Both the position numbers and the translations under genes were made by a program. A stretch of 59,174 nt of DNA from Basidioascus undulatus. Taxonomy: Eukaryota. The notes below the pieces were generated by a model. It was not told where the DNA came from. It searched no databases and saw only the letters and a list, made by a program, of their open reading frames with translations. How positions within the stretch are numbered: position 1 is the stretch's first letter; each line of letters opens with the position of its first letter. Shown piece by piece: positions 23,715 to 37,230 of this stretch. The stretch lies in assembly GCA_000826855.1 (NCBI GenBank), contig JTLS01000007.1:1-59174 (forward strand), in the 5' to 3' direction.

Positions 23715-24270
23715 TCAGACGGGGCCCAGGTGCGGTACGTCCTCACACCGTAGTACGCGGGCGCTGAGAGGGTTTGAAGGCACTAAGTCATCCCAATTTT
23801 TGACTAAAATCAAAATTCGAATTAACTTACAGGTGCAACTCTGCACGCTACGGTACATGCCATAGCGGCACGCGGCGAGAGCTACCGCTTTCGAGCCGCT
23901 GTCCATCAATTGCATCTAGGCAGAACGCAGTACGCAATTGGCTTGGGTATACTGACGAAGATTTGTCGTCTGGCCGAAGAACTAGTGCGAAGTGAATTTT
24001 GGCCGCCACTGGCATCACGATGCAAAAACGTCTGCGATAGTTCTGTTCAGAGAGCGACGGCCCACTCACATTTTTCGCACAGATAGTCATTGCTTCCGAA
24101 GCCACCGGCACACAAGACGTACTGGAGGAGGCGGCTCCGCTCAGCCAGAATAGCTGCAGTTGAGAGAATGTATACGACGCACCTTGCTCTGCGAGCTCTG
24201 GCACTGCTGTGCTGCCGCCTCGACAATGATGTCCACATGAGGCTTGAACGCCCGCTCAATTTCTCCCTGA
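23715..24270 (-). pseudogene. Central fragment of an HSPA12-like gene
   Basis: EIERAFKPHVDIIVEA..YVLCAGGFGSNDYL..VLRPDD..SKAVALAAC..YYGVRT in the order expected for HSPA12 motifs (GGF.SDYL, RPD, KAVA, YG). Confidence 0.65.
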
Positions 24271-24619
24271 GGTAGGCGTCAAAAGCTGCGGGTTATACAG
24301 AGATGCGAGAGCGATGAGCGAAATACGCACCACAATCTCGATGCAGCCACGGTAATCGTTCAGCAGGGGCTAGCCAGCACAGCTTGTGGCGAAGGCCAAA
24401 GTCCTCCTGCACATGATCCTGATATAAGTGAACGGTCTTAAGACTGTCCTGGCGCCCGAACCGAGAGACCTTGCTTTTCGTCCACTCCCCTCCCTCCATC
24501 TCCTCCCTCCCTAAGGCCTTCATACCGATGGATGGGGATACCGTAAACAGCGGCGGAAGCCGCACCCAGGCGCCGTAAGCATTGCACTTGTTTGTTCCCG
24601 CTCATGACTGATCTCCCAG

Positions 24620-25202
24620 ACTACCAGAATTGATCAAGATACCTCGCGGACGTCGGACGCAGAGACTCCTCCCCTAACCACCACGGAATGTTCTACGACT
24701 GACGCTCCCAGCGCGATTGAGACTTCCAAGAGGCCGCATCGACGGACGCTGTCCAGTACAAATCACCTCTCGTCAAAGGCAGCGCAGCCTCGTCCGCCGC
24801 GGCAACCATCGCCGGAGGTGGACAGTTCACTACCAATACGAAGAGGTGAGCCGGAGCAGCTCCGTTCTCTTGAATTCTCCTATGCGACTTTCTCACCTTC
24901 AAACTGGTTGTAGTGCTAGCTCCACGTCCGCCCCTGCCGCCCTCGGAGCGAGCTCTGACTCCTCGTCCGCCTCGCCCGCCCCTACCGCCGTGCTCGGGGC
25001 ACTTTTCGGTGTCTCCTTCGTTGTCGCGCTCGTCCTCGCCTTCCTCCTCTGGCGCCAGCGCCGCAACGCCCGCCGCCTTGCCGTGTCCGACAACGCCGAC
25101 GGGATTGACGAGAAGGGGCTCGCCGTCCCGGCTTGTCCTCGACGTCCGACCGGAGCTCGCGGGAGAAGGTGGTGGTGGAAGGTGGAAGGCGCGTGGTGGT
25201 GA
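24620..25202 (+). pseudogene. Ser/Thr-rich single-pass membrane protein fragment
   Basis: S/T-rich stalk, TM AVLGALFGVSFVVALVLAFLLW followed by RQRR. No start or signal peptide found. Confidence 0.45.
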
Positions 25203-26391
25203 ACGGGGGTAAAGATGGAAGACTGCGTGGCTGGGGAGTTTGCGAGAGTGAGGAGAGGTGCGGACGTGTAGCCGCGGCGCAAGGAGTGGGGGAGCAGGGC
25301 GTGGGCGGCGGGGCATGATTGACTTGAGGAAGCGAGTGTGGGTGGGTGGTGTGGGTAAGCGGTGTGTTGTGATTTGTGAACTGGGTGCTGGGTGGGTGGG
25401 ACGAGATGAGAGGAGCGGGGGCATGTTAATGGACAGCACGAGGAGGCGAGTGGTGCGCAGCCATGCCTGCCCGGCTAGCCTTTTCGAGGCCCGAATGAGG
25501 GATGTACAGAGCTGAATGCTGTGCAGAAACGACTATTGACCACAGAACGAGGTGACGCGGTCGCCCGCCTTGGTGGGGATCCCAGGACCCTCCCGCAGCT
25601 CGGGGTCGTCGCACCAGCTTCCCGCTGCTGCCTCGCAGCTCGATCCACCCCTCTGCTCTACACGAACAAGACAGACGCGTACTCACAGATTCTACCGATT
25701 CAAAGTCAGTCTTCCGCAGCTTGCTTTATCGGGAGTGGTCGAGGGGCCTCTCGGCGGGTTCGAGAAGGTTACCGATGAAAAACGAGTCGGCCAGCGACGA
25801 GGATGCGAAAACGAAGGTGAACGAGGCGGAGATTACGACGAGGTTGATGTCGAGGGAACGGAACGACCCGAATAGCAGACAACCTGCGTCGACGAATGGA
25901 ATGAGAACGGAACCGAAGTGGACGGGTGGTGGATTCGAGGATCGAGGCAAACAATGCCTGGACGCTTGCGCAGACAAGAAACGGAGGCGACCGCACGCGG
26001 GTCGAAGTCTAATTAATCTGAAACACGAGTCCCAGGAGCACGAGGAACGCGCACGCTGCTGATTTTTTTCCCGGGGGTGTCTGCAGGTTCGCTCGCTGCC
26101 TTGCTTTCTTTTCCAGCTGCCGAATTGGTATTCATGTCTTTCGGAAATGTATCACAGCTTCGAAGGACTAGGGGACTTGGCGGTCTGAAGAGGTGCAGCA
26201 ACGGTGTCAGTGTCAGGCTGGTCGGGAGCCGGCCTCCCCTGCGGCGGCCTCCCCTTGGCCTCCCCCGCTCATCACTCATCATGGTCTTCCGCGATCCTCC
26301 CATCCCCACCCTCCTTCATGCGTCTTCACCCCATCCTCCTCGCTGGCTCAGCGCCGCCGTCGGCCTTCACCTGCTCATCACCCTGCTCGCC

Positions 26392-27023
26392 ATGGCCGCC
26401 TTCCCGGCCGAGGTCCTCGCGCTCATAGCCTCGCACATACAAGACGCCTTTGACGTGTCCAAGCTTTCGCTCGCAGCCCTCCGACTCCACGCAGTCGTCG
26501 AGGCCCCACTCTATCGAACCGCCGCGCTCACCGGTCAAAACCTGTTGCACTTCGTCCGCGCGCTTGAGGCGCACCCGGCGCGTGGCGCATTCGTGCAGCA
26601 GCTCGAGATACGGTGGACTGAGCCAAGGGACCGAGACCGGAATTGATATCTTCGCTCGCAAGAAGGCGCGGAGGCAGCTTCAGCGGAGCCCAACCGGATC
26701 GCGCGGGTCCTCGACGTCCTCCGCGCCGCACCAAACCTGCACCAGCTCACCTCCTGGCCCCCGCTTGAGGCCGAGGCGTTCTTCCTCGCGCTGGGAGCGC
26801 GCACGCCCCCGCTTCTCCCTGCCGGGCTCGCATCCCTTCAGGAGCTCATCCTCTGGCACGACGAAGGGAACCCAGATGGGGGCTCTACCTCCTTCAGCGT
26901 GTCCGAGCTCAAGACTCTCATAGAGACGCCCGATCGAGGCTGTAGACCGCAGAACGATCGTTTCAAAGAAGTGAGGCTGCGCAGCAGGCTGATATGGTAC
27001 TCACGTATAGCTCTTGGCAGATG
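26392..27023 (+). pseudogene. F-box-like protein with frameshifts
   Basis: MAAFPAEVLALIASHI..LSLAALRLHAVVEAPLYR..HPARGAFVQQLEI, stop at 26646. The continuation LRAAPNLHQL..LASLQELIL is in another frame. Confidence 0.65.
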
Positions 27024-28296
27024 AGAGCAAGAGCCTTGCGAGTCGCAGGGCTATCGTGCTCGTATCGTCGCCGGTGGAGAGCGCGAATATATGCAGAAGT
27101 ATCTCCTCAGGGAGGCTCAGAAAGGGGCTGATGCACATTTCGATAGGGCTGAGAGAGGGTGAAAATTTCTATGGGATGAGCTCCAAACAGGCGGGCTGGT
27201 GGGCAAGTGTCTGGCTGAACCCGGACGGTGTAGAGGCGGTCGAACTTGGAGCTCGATACAAGGCAGACAGCGTAGATCTGATGAAGTATGACAGTCAGTG
27301 AAGCGACGACTCGGGCAGCAGATGAGCGAGTGTGCGGCAGTACTGTCATGATAGCGGTCTTGACCTCGTCAAGGTCGAGTCTCCTTGAGACTTCCTCCCA
27401 GCTGCAGCAAATGGTTGGAAGAGTGAGCTTGCCCGCCCCTTTGATATAGGCAAGCACTGCGGCCGCTCTGCGCGCGATGTCGGTGGACGCGTCGGTGTCG
27501 TCAGCCATGTCGGACGCACGAGTGCTGGCCGTGAGGCCGGTGCTGGAGTCGCTCGTGATGGCAGTTGATGTTGATGAAGACATGGTGCGGTGAAACTTTG
27601 AGTGGGCAGATGAAGCACCCCCAAAGATCAATGAGAATGTTGATCACGCAGACGAATGTTCCGTGGTCGTCGAGGTTCGAAGCCGGATTTCAATTGAACT
27701 TGATCGTGTGCAGCCGAACTTCTACGTGGTGCCCGCCCGCCATGGCCCGGACGTCTGCGTGACTTATCATTCCGTAAAAAAGGAAAAGGTTTAAGATTCA
27801 TATGGTAAGAGAGGTTTTCATTTTAGAAATGTACGGTCCGAGCTCGCTGCGGTGATCGCCTTTAGCTTGTCGAGAAGCCCAAGAGAAGCCCATCATGGAT
27901 GTTTCTCCCAGCAGTCCTCTGGGAAGAAGCGTCTTGAAGAAGAGGAGATGTTCAAAATGAACAAAGATTTAAACGAGCCTTCTAAAGTTTTTGCTGTGAA
28001 TGCGGAGCGTCGAGGAACAGTTCTACAGAATGGCGAAGACCGGGCCGAAAGTCCCTTGCAAGCAGCAAGTTCTTTTGACGGCAAGCCCTGGCTTCATAAA
28101 TATTGCAAATGTGGGGTATAGATTAAAAAAAATGCAGAAAGGTATTGAGAATCATGCGGAAATATCATTTGGATGGAAGAGCACACACATCGAGTGGATT
28201 GTTATTGGCAGTGCGGAGTTGGTGCAGCGAATGTGCCAGCAAACCAGGCTCCAATTGATGCGACCTCGAGAACTACTGTCCGGAGTTCAGACCTCT

Positions 28297-29108
28297 TTAC
28301 CAGAGAGAAAAGAATGAATCGGGGCTCCCGTCGACCTTCTTCCACCTCTCCTCCCCAAGCACTGTCCTAGCTTCGTCCGTCGGCCTCGGCTCGACGATCC
28401 GCTCAATCAAGAACCCCGCGCTCGCGATCTCGTCACTCATCCGTCTGAGCGGCCACCGATAAAGCTTGACCTTTCCCCTCCCTTTCCACTGCTGGGTGAC
28501 CAGGACCGGCTCGACGTGGTACGACACTGTGCGGCTGCTGGCCCTCCTTCAGGAGGTCGAGCCAGTCCCTCGTGGGGTGGTGCACGGAGAAGACCATCCG
28601 TCCTCTGGTCAGAGCAGGCGGTGCGCGGAGGACAGGAAGGCGGACCAGCTGTCGAGGTAGTGGGGCGCGAGGGAGGAGACGACGAAGTCGAATGGCTCGT
28701 CGGATGGCTGCTGACAGAGGGCGTCGAGTGGCGTCGCGAGGTCGGCTTTGTGAAGCTCTGCGCGTTTCTGGGCGTCCTGGGGAAGAAGCTGCAGATGCTG
28801 TTAGGCGAGTCGCAGCATTTCTCTGCTGCCGTCGACGCCGACGACGCGGGCCGCGCCCGAGGAGAGGAAACGAGACCCGAGCGACATGGCGCCGCAGCCG
28901 AGGTCGAGGATGGAGAGGCCCGCGGGGTCGCCGATGAGTGCCAACATAGCTGGACGTTCAGTGTTTCTGGCAAAATTTGAGCCGATCATTTGGCTGTGAG
29001 CAACAGAAGACACTGCAACTTCGGAGCTACGCACGCGTTGTAGATGCTCGTCATGTTCTGGGAGTCGTAGATTACTGCGAAGCGGTCATACTGGCTAAGG
29101 TTTGCCAT
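28297..29108 (-). pseudogene. Class I SAM-dependent methyltransferase pseudogene of bacterial type
   Basis: YNA|..ERPAMLALIGDPAGLSILDLGCG, VVGVDGSREML, PFDFVVSSLAPHY, MVFSVHHP, AGFLIERIVEPRP. TAA at 28801-28803, TGA at 28609-28611, further frameshifts, one intron. Confidence 0.8.
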
Positions 29109-29647
29109 TATTGATCTACTTCCTTTACTGGAAGTCGAGACCGTTTGCAGAATGGCAAGAGAGAGTGAGACCACGAGGCCGGGGCCGTCTGCAAGGGGAG
29201 GAAGAGTCGACAAGAAGAGGGAGATCGCTTCCGATGAGTTACAAAATTTGTAGGTTAGAGCCCTACGTAATGCAACAAGCTTGGGTGGGGTAGTGGTAAC
29301 CTGGGTCGTTGCCATTTGAAATCGACCCGCCCCGTGTTCGATTCACGGTTCAAGCAGTTATATTCATTTTGATTTTCACCCTCATCATTGTTGCTTTTTG
29401 TCAACGGTGAGTCAGGTTCTCTCCAATTTTGCTTATTCCCGTTACAGGCAAGGCATGAAGCCAGACATCAAAGAACGCTGTCATGCGAGTCGCAGCTGAC
29501 GGCTGACGGCCCGGCGCCTCCTCAACGACGTCAGACGCGTCCGTGTTCTTCTTGCCTCTCCACTTGCACCTATCTTCACCGTTCTCGCCCAGCTTCCACT
29601 CAACCATCACCACCTCCCAGCTCACATCAACCTTACCCAAGTCCACC

Positions 29648-30985
29648 ATGTGCGGCTCATCCAAGTGCAAGAGCGCCATCATCGCGCCCTCCGCCCTCGC
29701 CGTGCGTCTACCCACCGTATCGCTTGCTGGGCAAACCAGGAGCTCATCTCGGCGATGGGGCTGGGTTGGCGGACGACGTGCGGGTAGTGCGACTTTGGGA
29801 AGCTGACGGAGGAGTGCAAGCGGATTGTGGAGGACGGGGCGGACTGGGTGCACATGGGTGTGTTGTTCCGCTTCTTATCCTGGAGGGCGAAGCTATGCTG
29901 AACTGCTGGTTCCCAGATGTCATGGACGGGTTAGTCTAGCTGCGACTGACTGATAGCTCAAGGGGCTTATGCTGAAGCATGCGAGCTGCGCAGGCACTTT
30001 GTTCCCAACATCTCCTTCGGTGCGCGCAGCCCATCCCCGCCCCGCCATCAGAGCTGAGCTCACCTCCGCTCCCCTCCATTTAATAGGCGCACCCGTCATC
30101 GCATGCGTTCACAAGGCGCTCCCCGACCTCAAGATGGACTGCCACATGATGGTTGCTGACCCCTTGAAGGTGAACCTCTCCCGACCTCCTATTGCGAGCC
30201 GCGCCCATAGCTCACACGGCAGACTGTCTTCGGGGGCCGGCAGTGGATCGACGACATTGCCGCCGCTGGTGGGTGGCAGTACAACTTCCACTACGAAGCG
30301 ACCAGTGCGTCTACTTGCCATCCCTCTGCAGTGCAACCCGGGCCGAGCTGATCTTGGCTGCTGCGGTCTGGGCGCAACGCAGACGACCACTTCGCCGTCA
30401 TCCGCAAGATCAAGGAGAAGGGCATGCGTGCGGCGATGACGCTCAACCCATCCACGCCCTCCACCGTCGTGACGGACGAGCTCGCAAAGGAGCTCGACAT
30501 GGTGCTCATCATGACTGTGTGGCCGGGTACGTCCTGCTTCCCCTTTGGCCGTCCCTCCATCCACCCCGGGCTGACGAAACCGAGACTCTCCCTCATAGGT
30601 TACGGCGGCCAAAAGTTCATGCCCGAGAACCTGCCGAAGGTGGCTGAGCTGCGCAAGCGCTTCCCGGAGCTCGACATCGAAGTGGACGGCGGCGTGGGGC
30701 CGAAGAACATCGACCAGTGCGCCGAGGCGGGTGCGTGTCTCTTTTTTTCTTACCTTCATTTCTCCCCTCCTTCTTCCTTGTCCCTTGATTTCCGTCGCAT
30801 TCTCTTCGTACCTCCTCCTGGCTCTCGCTGACATGACTCCTTGGACCCCGCATCTCCCAGGTGCCAACGTCGCCGTCGCCGGCACAGCCGTCTTTGGCGC
30901 CGAGAACCCGAAAGAGGTCATCTCCACCATACGCGCCGCGATCGACCGGGAGCAGGCCAAGCTAGCGGGCAAGGTTTCAGCATAA
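29648..30985 (+). CDS. RPE1: Ribulose-phosphate 3-epimerase, 9 exons
   Basis: IIAPS, [59 protein letters not shown]. Confidence 0.97.
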
Positions 30986-31928
30986 CGCGCTGGCACTCGT
31001 GTTTATGTCGAGATATTCTTGTCCATATCCCCGCATGTTTCGAACAATCCGCATACATACCTTTGTCTCGGTCTTCCATTTTGAGATCGTCTGTACGTCT
31101 TCATGAGATGCCAAAAGATGCCACCGCATTCGTCGTCTTTGTTTTGCCTCTTTGCATGCCCTTTCTCTGTAATGTTACCCCTGTCCGTTACTGCTCATGA
31201 ACGCTACGCAACCCCCATATACACGCTACCGTCCGTAGCCCTTCCATGATTGATTGGCCTTGGCAGTGTGACAAAGCACCAGATCTCCCTCACCTCAGCC
31301 GATCAATCGCAAACCAAACGACCAGTCCGAGTCTTAGCGCTCATAGAATTTTACTGTACGAATGAGAGAGTGCGAGAGCCAAACGACGAATCGCCGAAGG
31401 GGCGAGGGAGGGAGAACGCATATTACAGACGGGCGAGCAGGGCGTGGGTAGTTCATGAGGGCAAGCGGGCGGCAGAGAGGAAGGGTATGCGTATTGGGAG
31501 ACCTAGTTACGATGGGGATGATGGACAAGCCAGGAGGAGAAAACACCTCGGAACAACATGGCTGAAGAAAGACTGCTCTAGAACGATCGCAGACGCTTGC
31601 GAGATGTAAAAAGGTGAAGAAGAAAGAAAGAGGAAGAAGGAAATGAACACAGCGCAAGGAGCGACGTTGTCCGTGGAAAGAGAAGAGCCGAGAGCCAAGG
31701 GGAAACCGTGAGAGAGATTGAGAGAGAGGAGGGGGGTGGGCGACGGGCGATCCGGTCCAAGAAGGGCGAAACGGGAGGGAGGGGGAGGGAGGGGGCAGAC
31801 GAGTCGACATCCGGTGACGGAGGCTCGGCGGGACAAAGGTCGACTGGCGGGCGTGTCAACTGACCGGAAGGACGGACGGAGGCACCCGCGAGCGAGCCGG
31901 GACTTGTTCGTCGAGTGTTTGTGCGGGC

Positions 31929-34674
31929 TCAAGAGCCCCACCTGTTCGTCCGCGCGGGCACCCGTGAGTCTGCATGCCAAGGGCAAAGGAAAAGAAACAC
32001 ACAGAAATCGACGCACTCGATGAACTCCCCATACATGTTGGGCCGCTCCCCGCGGACGTACGCCTCAAACGTGCGCTTGAGAACCGTCGCCCAGCTCAGG
32101 TCGCGCTCCTCCGCGTCCGCCTTCTCCTCTTCCTCAACCCCCTCGCCGGCAGCAAACGCGCGCGCGAGATCGTCCGCGTCCGCGCCCGTCTGCGGGGCCT
32201 TGGGCCCCGGGTTCGCCGGCTTCGCGTTGACGTCGCCCGCGCGGAGGGCGTCGCGCGCGAGGCGCTCGCCGGCCGCGAAGCGCGGGCCGAGGTCGGGGAA
32301 GTTGCGGTACGGGTCGAAGGGGAGCCACCAGTAGTTGTGGAAGTGGTAGGAGAAGGCGCCCTGGGAAAGAGGGAGAAGGGTTAGATTGAAGCGCGTGGGG
32401 ATGGGAAGTGGAGAGCGGGGGATGTATGTACCTTGAAGAAGCCTTCAACGCCGACGGCGAGGGGGGAGGCAGCCTCCGACTTGGGCGTCTGGAAGAGGTC
32501 CTTGAACCTGCGGGACGGCAGAGACGTCAGCTAGGAACGCAAGGGGATCGGTGATCGAACCGCGGCAGACGCACTCCTTGAAGTACGGGAACGGCGGACG
32601 ATCGCGCTGGTAGTACTCGGTGTTGAGCCAGGCCGGGTCGAACAGGGCGTCGGGGAGGCGGAGCAGGAGGCCCTCGGCATTGGCGTCCTTGGTGTAGCGG
32701 CTGACGGTCATGGGGTGGAAGTCGAGGCCGTTGTTGAGCGCGGTGCGGAAGAGGAACGATCCGAGCGCGCTCTTCTTGTGCATCCGGAGCACGGCCGTGT
32801 TGTACTTCTCGAGGCGCGACCAGCGGTACGCGAACGCGCCCTTCCACCCCCAGAGCTCCTCCCAGTCGCGGAGGAGGAGCGTGTCCGCGTCGAGGTACGT
32901 GCCGCCGAAGCGGTGGCAGAGCAGGAAGCGCGCCATGTCGGAGAGGACGACCGTGAGCCGGTCGTAGCCCGACTCGGACGTGGACCCTACCCGGTTGAAG
33001 AGCGGGTCGCCCTCGGCGTCGTGCTTGCCCGTCGGGCTCGGCTTCTCGGCCGCCGCGCCGTCCTCGCCGCCGTCCTCGGCCTGCTCCTCGCTCAAAGCCG
33101 CAGCGGCGGCGGCGGCGGCCTCCTCTTCCTCCTTACGCTTGGCCTCCTCCTCCTCCTTCTTGGCCTTCGCGCCCTTGGGGCTCCCGTATTTCACGCCGCC
33201 CGAGTTGAACAGCTCGTGGTCGCGCCAGTGGTCCGCGAGCTCCGGCACGCCGTCGAGCTGCTCGGTCGTGTTCCACATCCGGAATTTGATGACGTCCGCG
33301 AAGCGCTCGTGGAGGAACGGGCTTGACCACGGGTTGGCTGCGAGCGAGTCATACATATCGCGCACCGCGGACGGGTTCGGGATGCTCGCCGCCGGGCCGG
33401 GGTTAATCCAGACCCAGAACTGGGGGCGGCAGACGTTCGACGGCGGCGGGACGCCCGGCGCGTGGTGGAGGTAGAGGTTCTGCGTGTAAAGGAACGAGAG
33501 CAGTGCGAGGTACGGCTTGTCCGTGAACGGACCCGCCCAGAACATGTGGAACAGTCGCGGGTGGTCCGGGTCGCAGGGCTCGATCGTCACGCCCTTCTCA
33601 AGGTCCGACTCGAGCGAGCGCGCCGTCGCGCTGGGGAGCGTGTACAGGTGCTTCCAGCTCTCCGTTGAGCCACGGCGGACGCGGTTGCCGGCGTCGAGCC
33701 CCGCGCCGGTGCGAAGGACCTCAAGACAGTCCCGCACGTACTGGCCGGTGGAGAAGTCGCAGTGCTCCATGACGACGTCCATGTCGATCGCGGAGCCGGG
33801 AACTGGGCGTGGCGGGTAGCGGACCGAGCCCGAGCGGTCGAGCGCGCCTACGTCGTGCTCCGGCGAGACGTCGACGTGGAAGTACGCGCGCTCGGGGCCA
33901 TTGTGCAGGACGGGGTAGGCGGACGCGTTGGTGGGGTAGGGCGAGTTGGAAACCTGGTTGGAGGACAAGCGCGAGCGGACGATCGGGGAAAGGGAGTCGA
34001 TGGGGGGAAGGCCGTTGTTGGGGATGTTGGGCAGTAGGTGGACAGAGTCGGGCACTGCGGGGCCCCCTTCAGATAAGGAACCATTCCGAGGCGCACCTGG
34101 GTTATACGGGGTGGAAGAAGGACGCACCCTTTCTATAGCTCGGGTAGTGGCCCGCCTCGATCTCCCATTCCCACATTTTGCGTATCTCCTTCTGCGTCAA
34201 GATGTTGGTGTTGGGATCTTGGAAGGGAAGGTGGACTTCGATGTGCCGTCGCCTCGCGAAGCCCTTGACGAACCCAAGGAGGACGAACGTCGCGAGGACG
34301 GCCGCGACTGCCATGATGAGCACGGTGCGTAAGCGCTGCTTGAAGCCGCGCTCGCCGCGTCGTGCCCGGCCGCCGCCCGCCGTGGAGAGGTGAATGGGCG
34401 AGTCTAGGCGGCCCGCGAGCGCGCGCGGGACGGGGATGGGGATCGCGCGGTTCGTGAAGGGGATGGGGAGGAGGAGGACGGAGGAGGAGCGGGACTGGAG
34501 GTACTGCTTCTCGAGCACGGCGCTGCCCGGGTCGAGCGGCAGCAGCTTGGGCTTCATGAAGGGCGAGGGGGACGACGAGCCGGAGCTGGTTGCGCGGTGG
34601 GTCGGCCGCGAGGGGAACGCGAACGAGGGCATCGGCGGGCGGGGGGAGCGCGAGGAGGAGGCCTGTGCGTCCAT
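31929..34674 (-). CDS. Type II membrane glycosyltransferase family 32 (DXD)
   Basis: N-terminal TM, FHMFWAGPF, SDMARFLLCHRFGGTYLDADTLLLRD, FSYHFHNYWW. Ends FIE|WGS*. Confidence 0.88.
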
Positions 34675-37184
34675 GGGACAAGGGGAGAAGACTGTCAGTC
34701 GCTGTGGTTCTTGGCTGGCGCGGGGCTAGCCGCTGAATCGCATATGTGCCGAGACGTCCTTGCTTGAAGCGAACATCGCCCTCCCAGCCGGAGAAGAGCG
34801 CGCAGATGGTTCTCAGCTCACCTCGGTGGACACAAGCACCTTCCAGAAGGATGCTCGCAGCCTGGTGCGCGTAGAGGAGATTAAGGTGAGATGAAACTGG
34901 ACTGTTTGGGCACAAGACAAGCGTGTCAGTACAGCGTTGTCGAAGAATACGTGAGCATTGCGGGGACTCGAGCGAACGGGCGAGCGAAGGAAGCCGGGGG
35001 GCAAGCGAGAAGATCCCGAGACACCGTCCTTGGCTGTGCGCCTTCTTCGCCTGAGAAGCCCAGGACGGCGTTCCTCCAGGCCCAGTTCACAGTATGAATA
35101 GATCTGATGCGCCTGCGCGAAAGCGAGAAGCACCGCGAGATTCGCCAGCGAGAGCCAGCTCGTCCCATCTTCTTCCCCCAGACGCCATGCCCGTACCACC
35201 CGCCCCCCGCAATCTTCCCCTTGCCCTCAGCGATCCCAACGCGCCCTACTCTTGCCCCCCGCAGCGCGCCCATCCAGCGCCTGCACGGCTGTGCCCAGCG
35301 CACTCGCCCCACCCTCTCACCCCCTAGCGCGCTCTATCAACCCGCGGCTCACCTTCGGACCCGCAGCAGCACCTTCCACGCTTGTCAGTCTTTCCGTCTC
35401 CAGGTCCCGGCGCGGTGGCTGGCCGGGTGAGCGAGGGCGGGGATGGGGGAGAGGAAGACGCTGGCCGGGGCGAGGACGGGGGCGAGGAGGAAGGGGGTCG
35501 AAGCGAGAGTCGAGACAGAGTCCAAGAGGCCAAACGTACGAGGAGAGGGGAAGCGGGGTCGAGGGGCCGGGGGCAACAGCAGCCCAGCCAGCCAGCGAGA
35601 TTGATCGCGACTGCGGTGAGACGGGCACGCTCAAACCCTGAACGCACCGCGCACTGCATTTTTCTTAATCTTGTTGCAGAGCTTGCGTACTTTTATTTTC
35701 ACTTGGGTAGTGCGCATGTTCCATGCATATGTTTGGGTACATTGCGACAAGCAAGAGATACCCGCGATAGCTGTCAGTTCACGTGACACGCGAGGCTCGA
35801 CCTCCCTCCTTTTCCTTCTTCCTTCTCTCTCCTACATTTCATCTAACCCCCTCTTCCGGCCCAAAAACCTCCCATATTTCACCTCACATTTCTCATCCCA
35901 CCACTACAACATTCACTAACACTCCCCTCCTCATCCTCCTCTCCCATCCTTCACTCCGCGTTACTCATCCCCTCGCCGCTGCCGCCGAGCAGAGCCCTCC
36001 GCAGCAGCGCTAGCCTCGTGGTTGCACCGCGACTCGCCGCCCGCCGTTGCACCATCATTACGCTTGTTGGCTGCGGACGAGCACAGCACAAGTTTTTTTG
36101 CCTGCATTCACTCATTTGCCTTTTTCTGGATGCAGACTGGCGTGTATCGCTATCCGGAATGAACGATTCTGCGAGCGCAATCTTCCTATCCAGAATGTCC
36201 GGGTGGACACACGCCGCGAAGGAGAAAGTGGGAGCGTTGTCAGCAGGCACTCGGCGCACGAAAATTGGGCTTGCAGTTGGCGGGTCCTGGGAGGCACCGA
36301 CGATGCGACCCGCATCGGCAGGAGACTGGGAGGCACTGGTCGAAGCACGCAAATTTGTCTCCAACTTCGGATGACGCGCTCCCAGCGCACGTTCGTTGGT
36401 GTCACTTGGTGCTGACGTGCGTCGGATTCTACATTGTGCAATTATGTTGAAAGGGTCAGAAGCTGGCACTGTCACTCTGCATCAGGAAAGCGGCGTGCAA
36501 CAGTAGCGGTGTACGTTCCCGACCTTGGCAAAGGATGGGTTTTGGGGGGGTATCATTAGGTTCTGCAATTTGTGCTATGCTTTTGGTGCAGGATTCATTG
36601 GGGCGATTATCTATCGGTCCCTCTTTGGGTCTGCCGTTGAAAGCGTTGCTCCATTGCTTCACGCCTGGGTACCCAGTACTTGGGTTCCCGTATCCTGGCA
36701 TCTTATCTTTCTCTATTATTGACTGTAAGGAGTACAATGTCCCGGGCTGCACGAGCGAGGGTGCAAGAAAGCTGCGGTACTGCTCGGTCAAGCATCAGCA
36801 GGCTAAGCAGTGCCTTTTCCCCCTTCTTCACTTTTTGCCAGCTGCTGGCCGCCATCTGAGACACCGGAGTTGATTTAACTTGCAGTCTCTGCACGACAAC
36901 CCAGCGCAAAGCAGCGGATAGCCAAAGGCGACAAGGCTCGAAGATTGCCTCCTCGCCGCCCCCGCTTGCGTCAGGACTCGAGGCTTCGAGCCGACTTCCC
37001 GCGAGGTACGCCGCGCCATTTGCGAGCGTTCCCCCAGCTGTCGCTGACCTCCTCGGGCCTTCAGCTTTCCTCTGCGATTCACACCTTTGCCAGCACTTGT
37101 AGTGTCTCGCACTGCCCAGGTAAGCCCCGCTCGCTTGTCTCGTGGTGTTTCCGCCACTCATACTCGCGCTGCACGCTCGCCCCT

Positions 37185-37230
37185 CTTCGCCGCGTCTCTT
37201 TGCATCCTCTTCTACGGAGCTGTTCGGACT
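37185..37230 (+). repeat. Isolated remnant of the ~155-bp repeat core
   Basis: cgcgtctctt..gca..ctacggagctgtt resembles 19416-19453. Confidence 0.45.

Noticed and set aside
27107..27631. 174-aa minus-strand ORF, possibly transposon-related
   Set aside because: No catalytic motif, TIR or TSD seen.
32710..34730. Long plus-strand ORFs over GT32
   Set aside because: Antisense shadows of a GC3-rich gene.
35951..37161. Minus-strand ORFs upstream of GT32
   Set aside because: No recognisable domain or consistent splice pattern.
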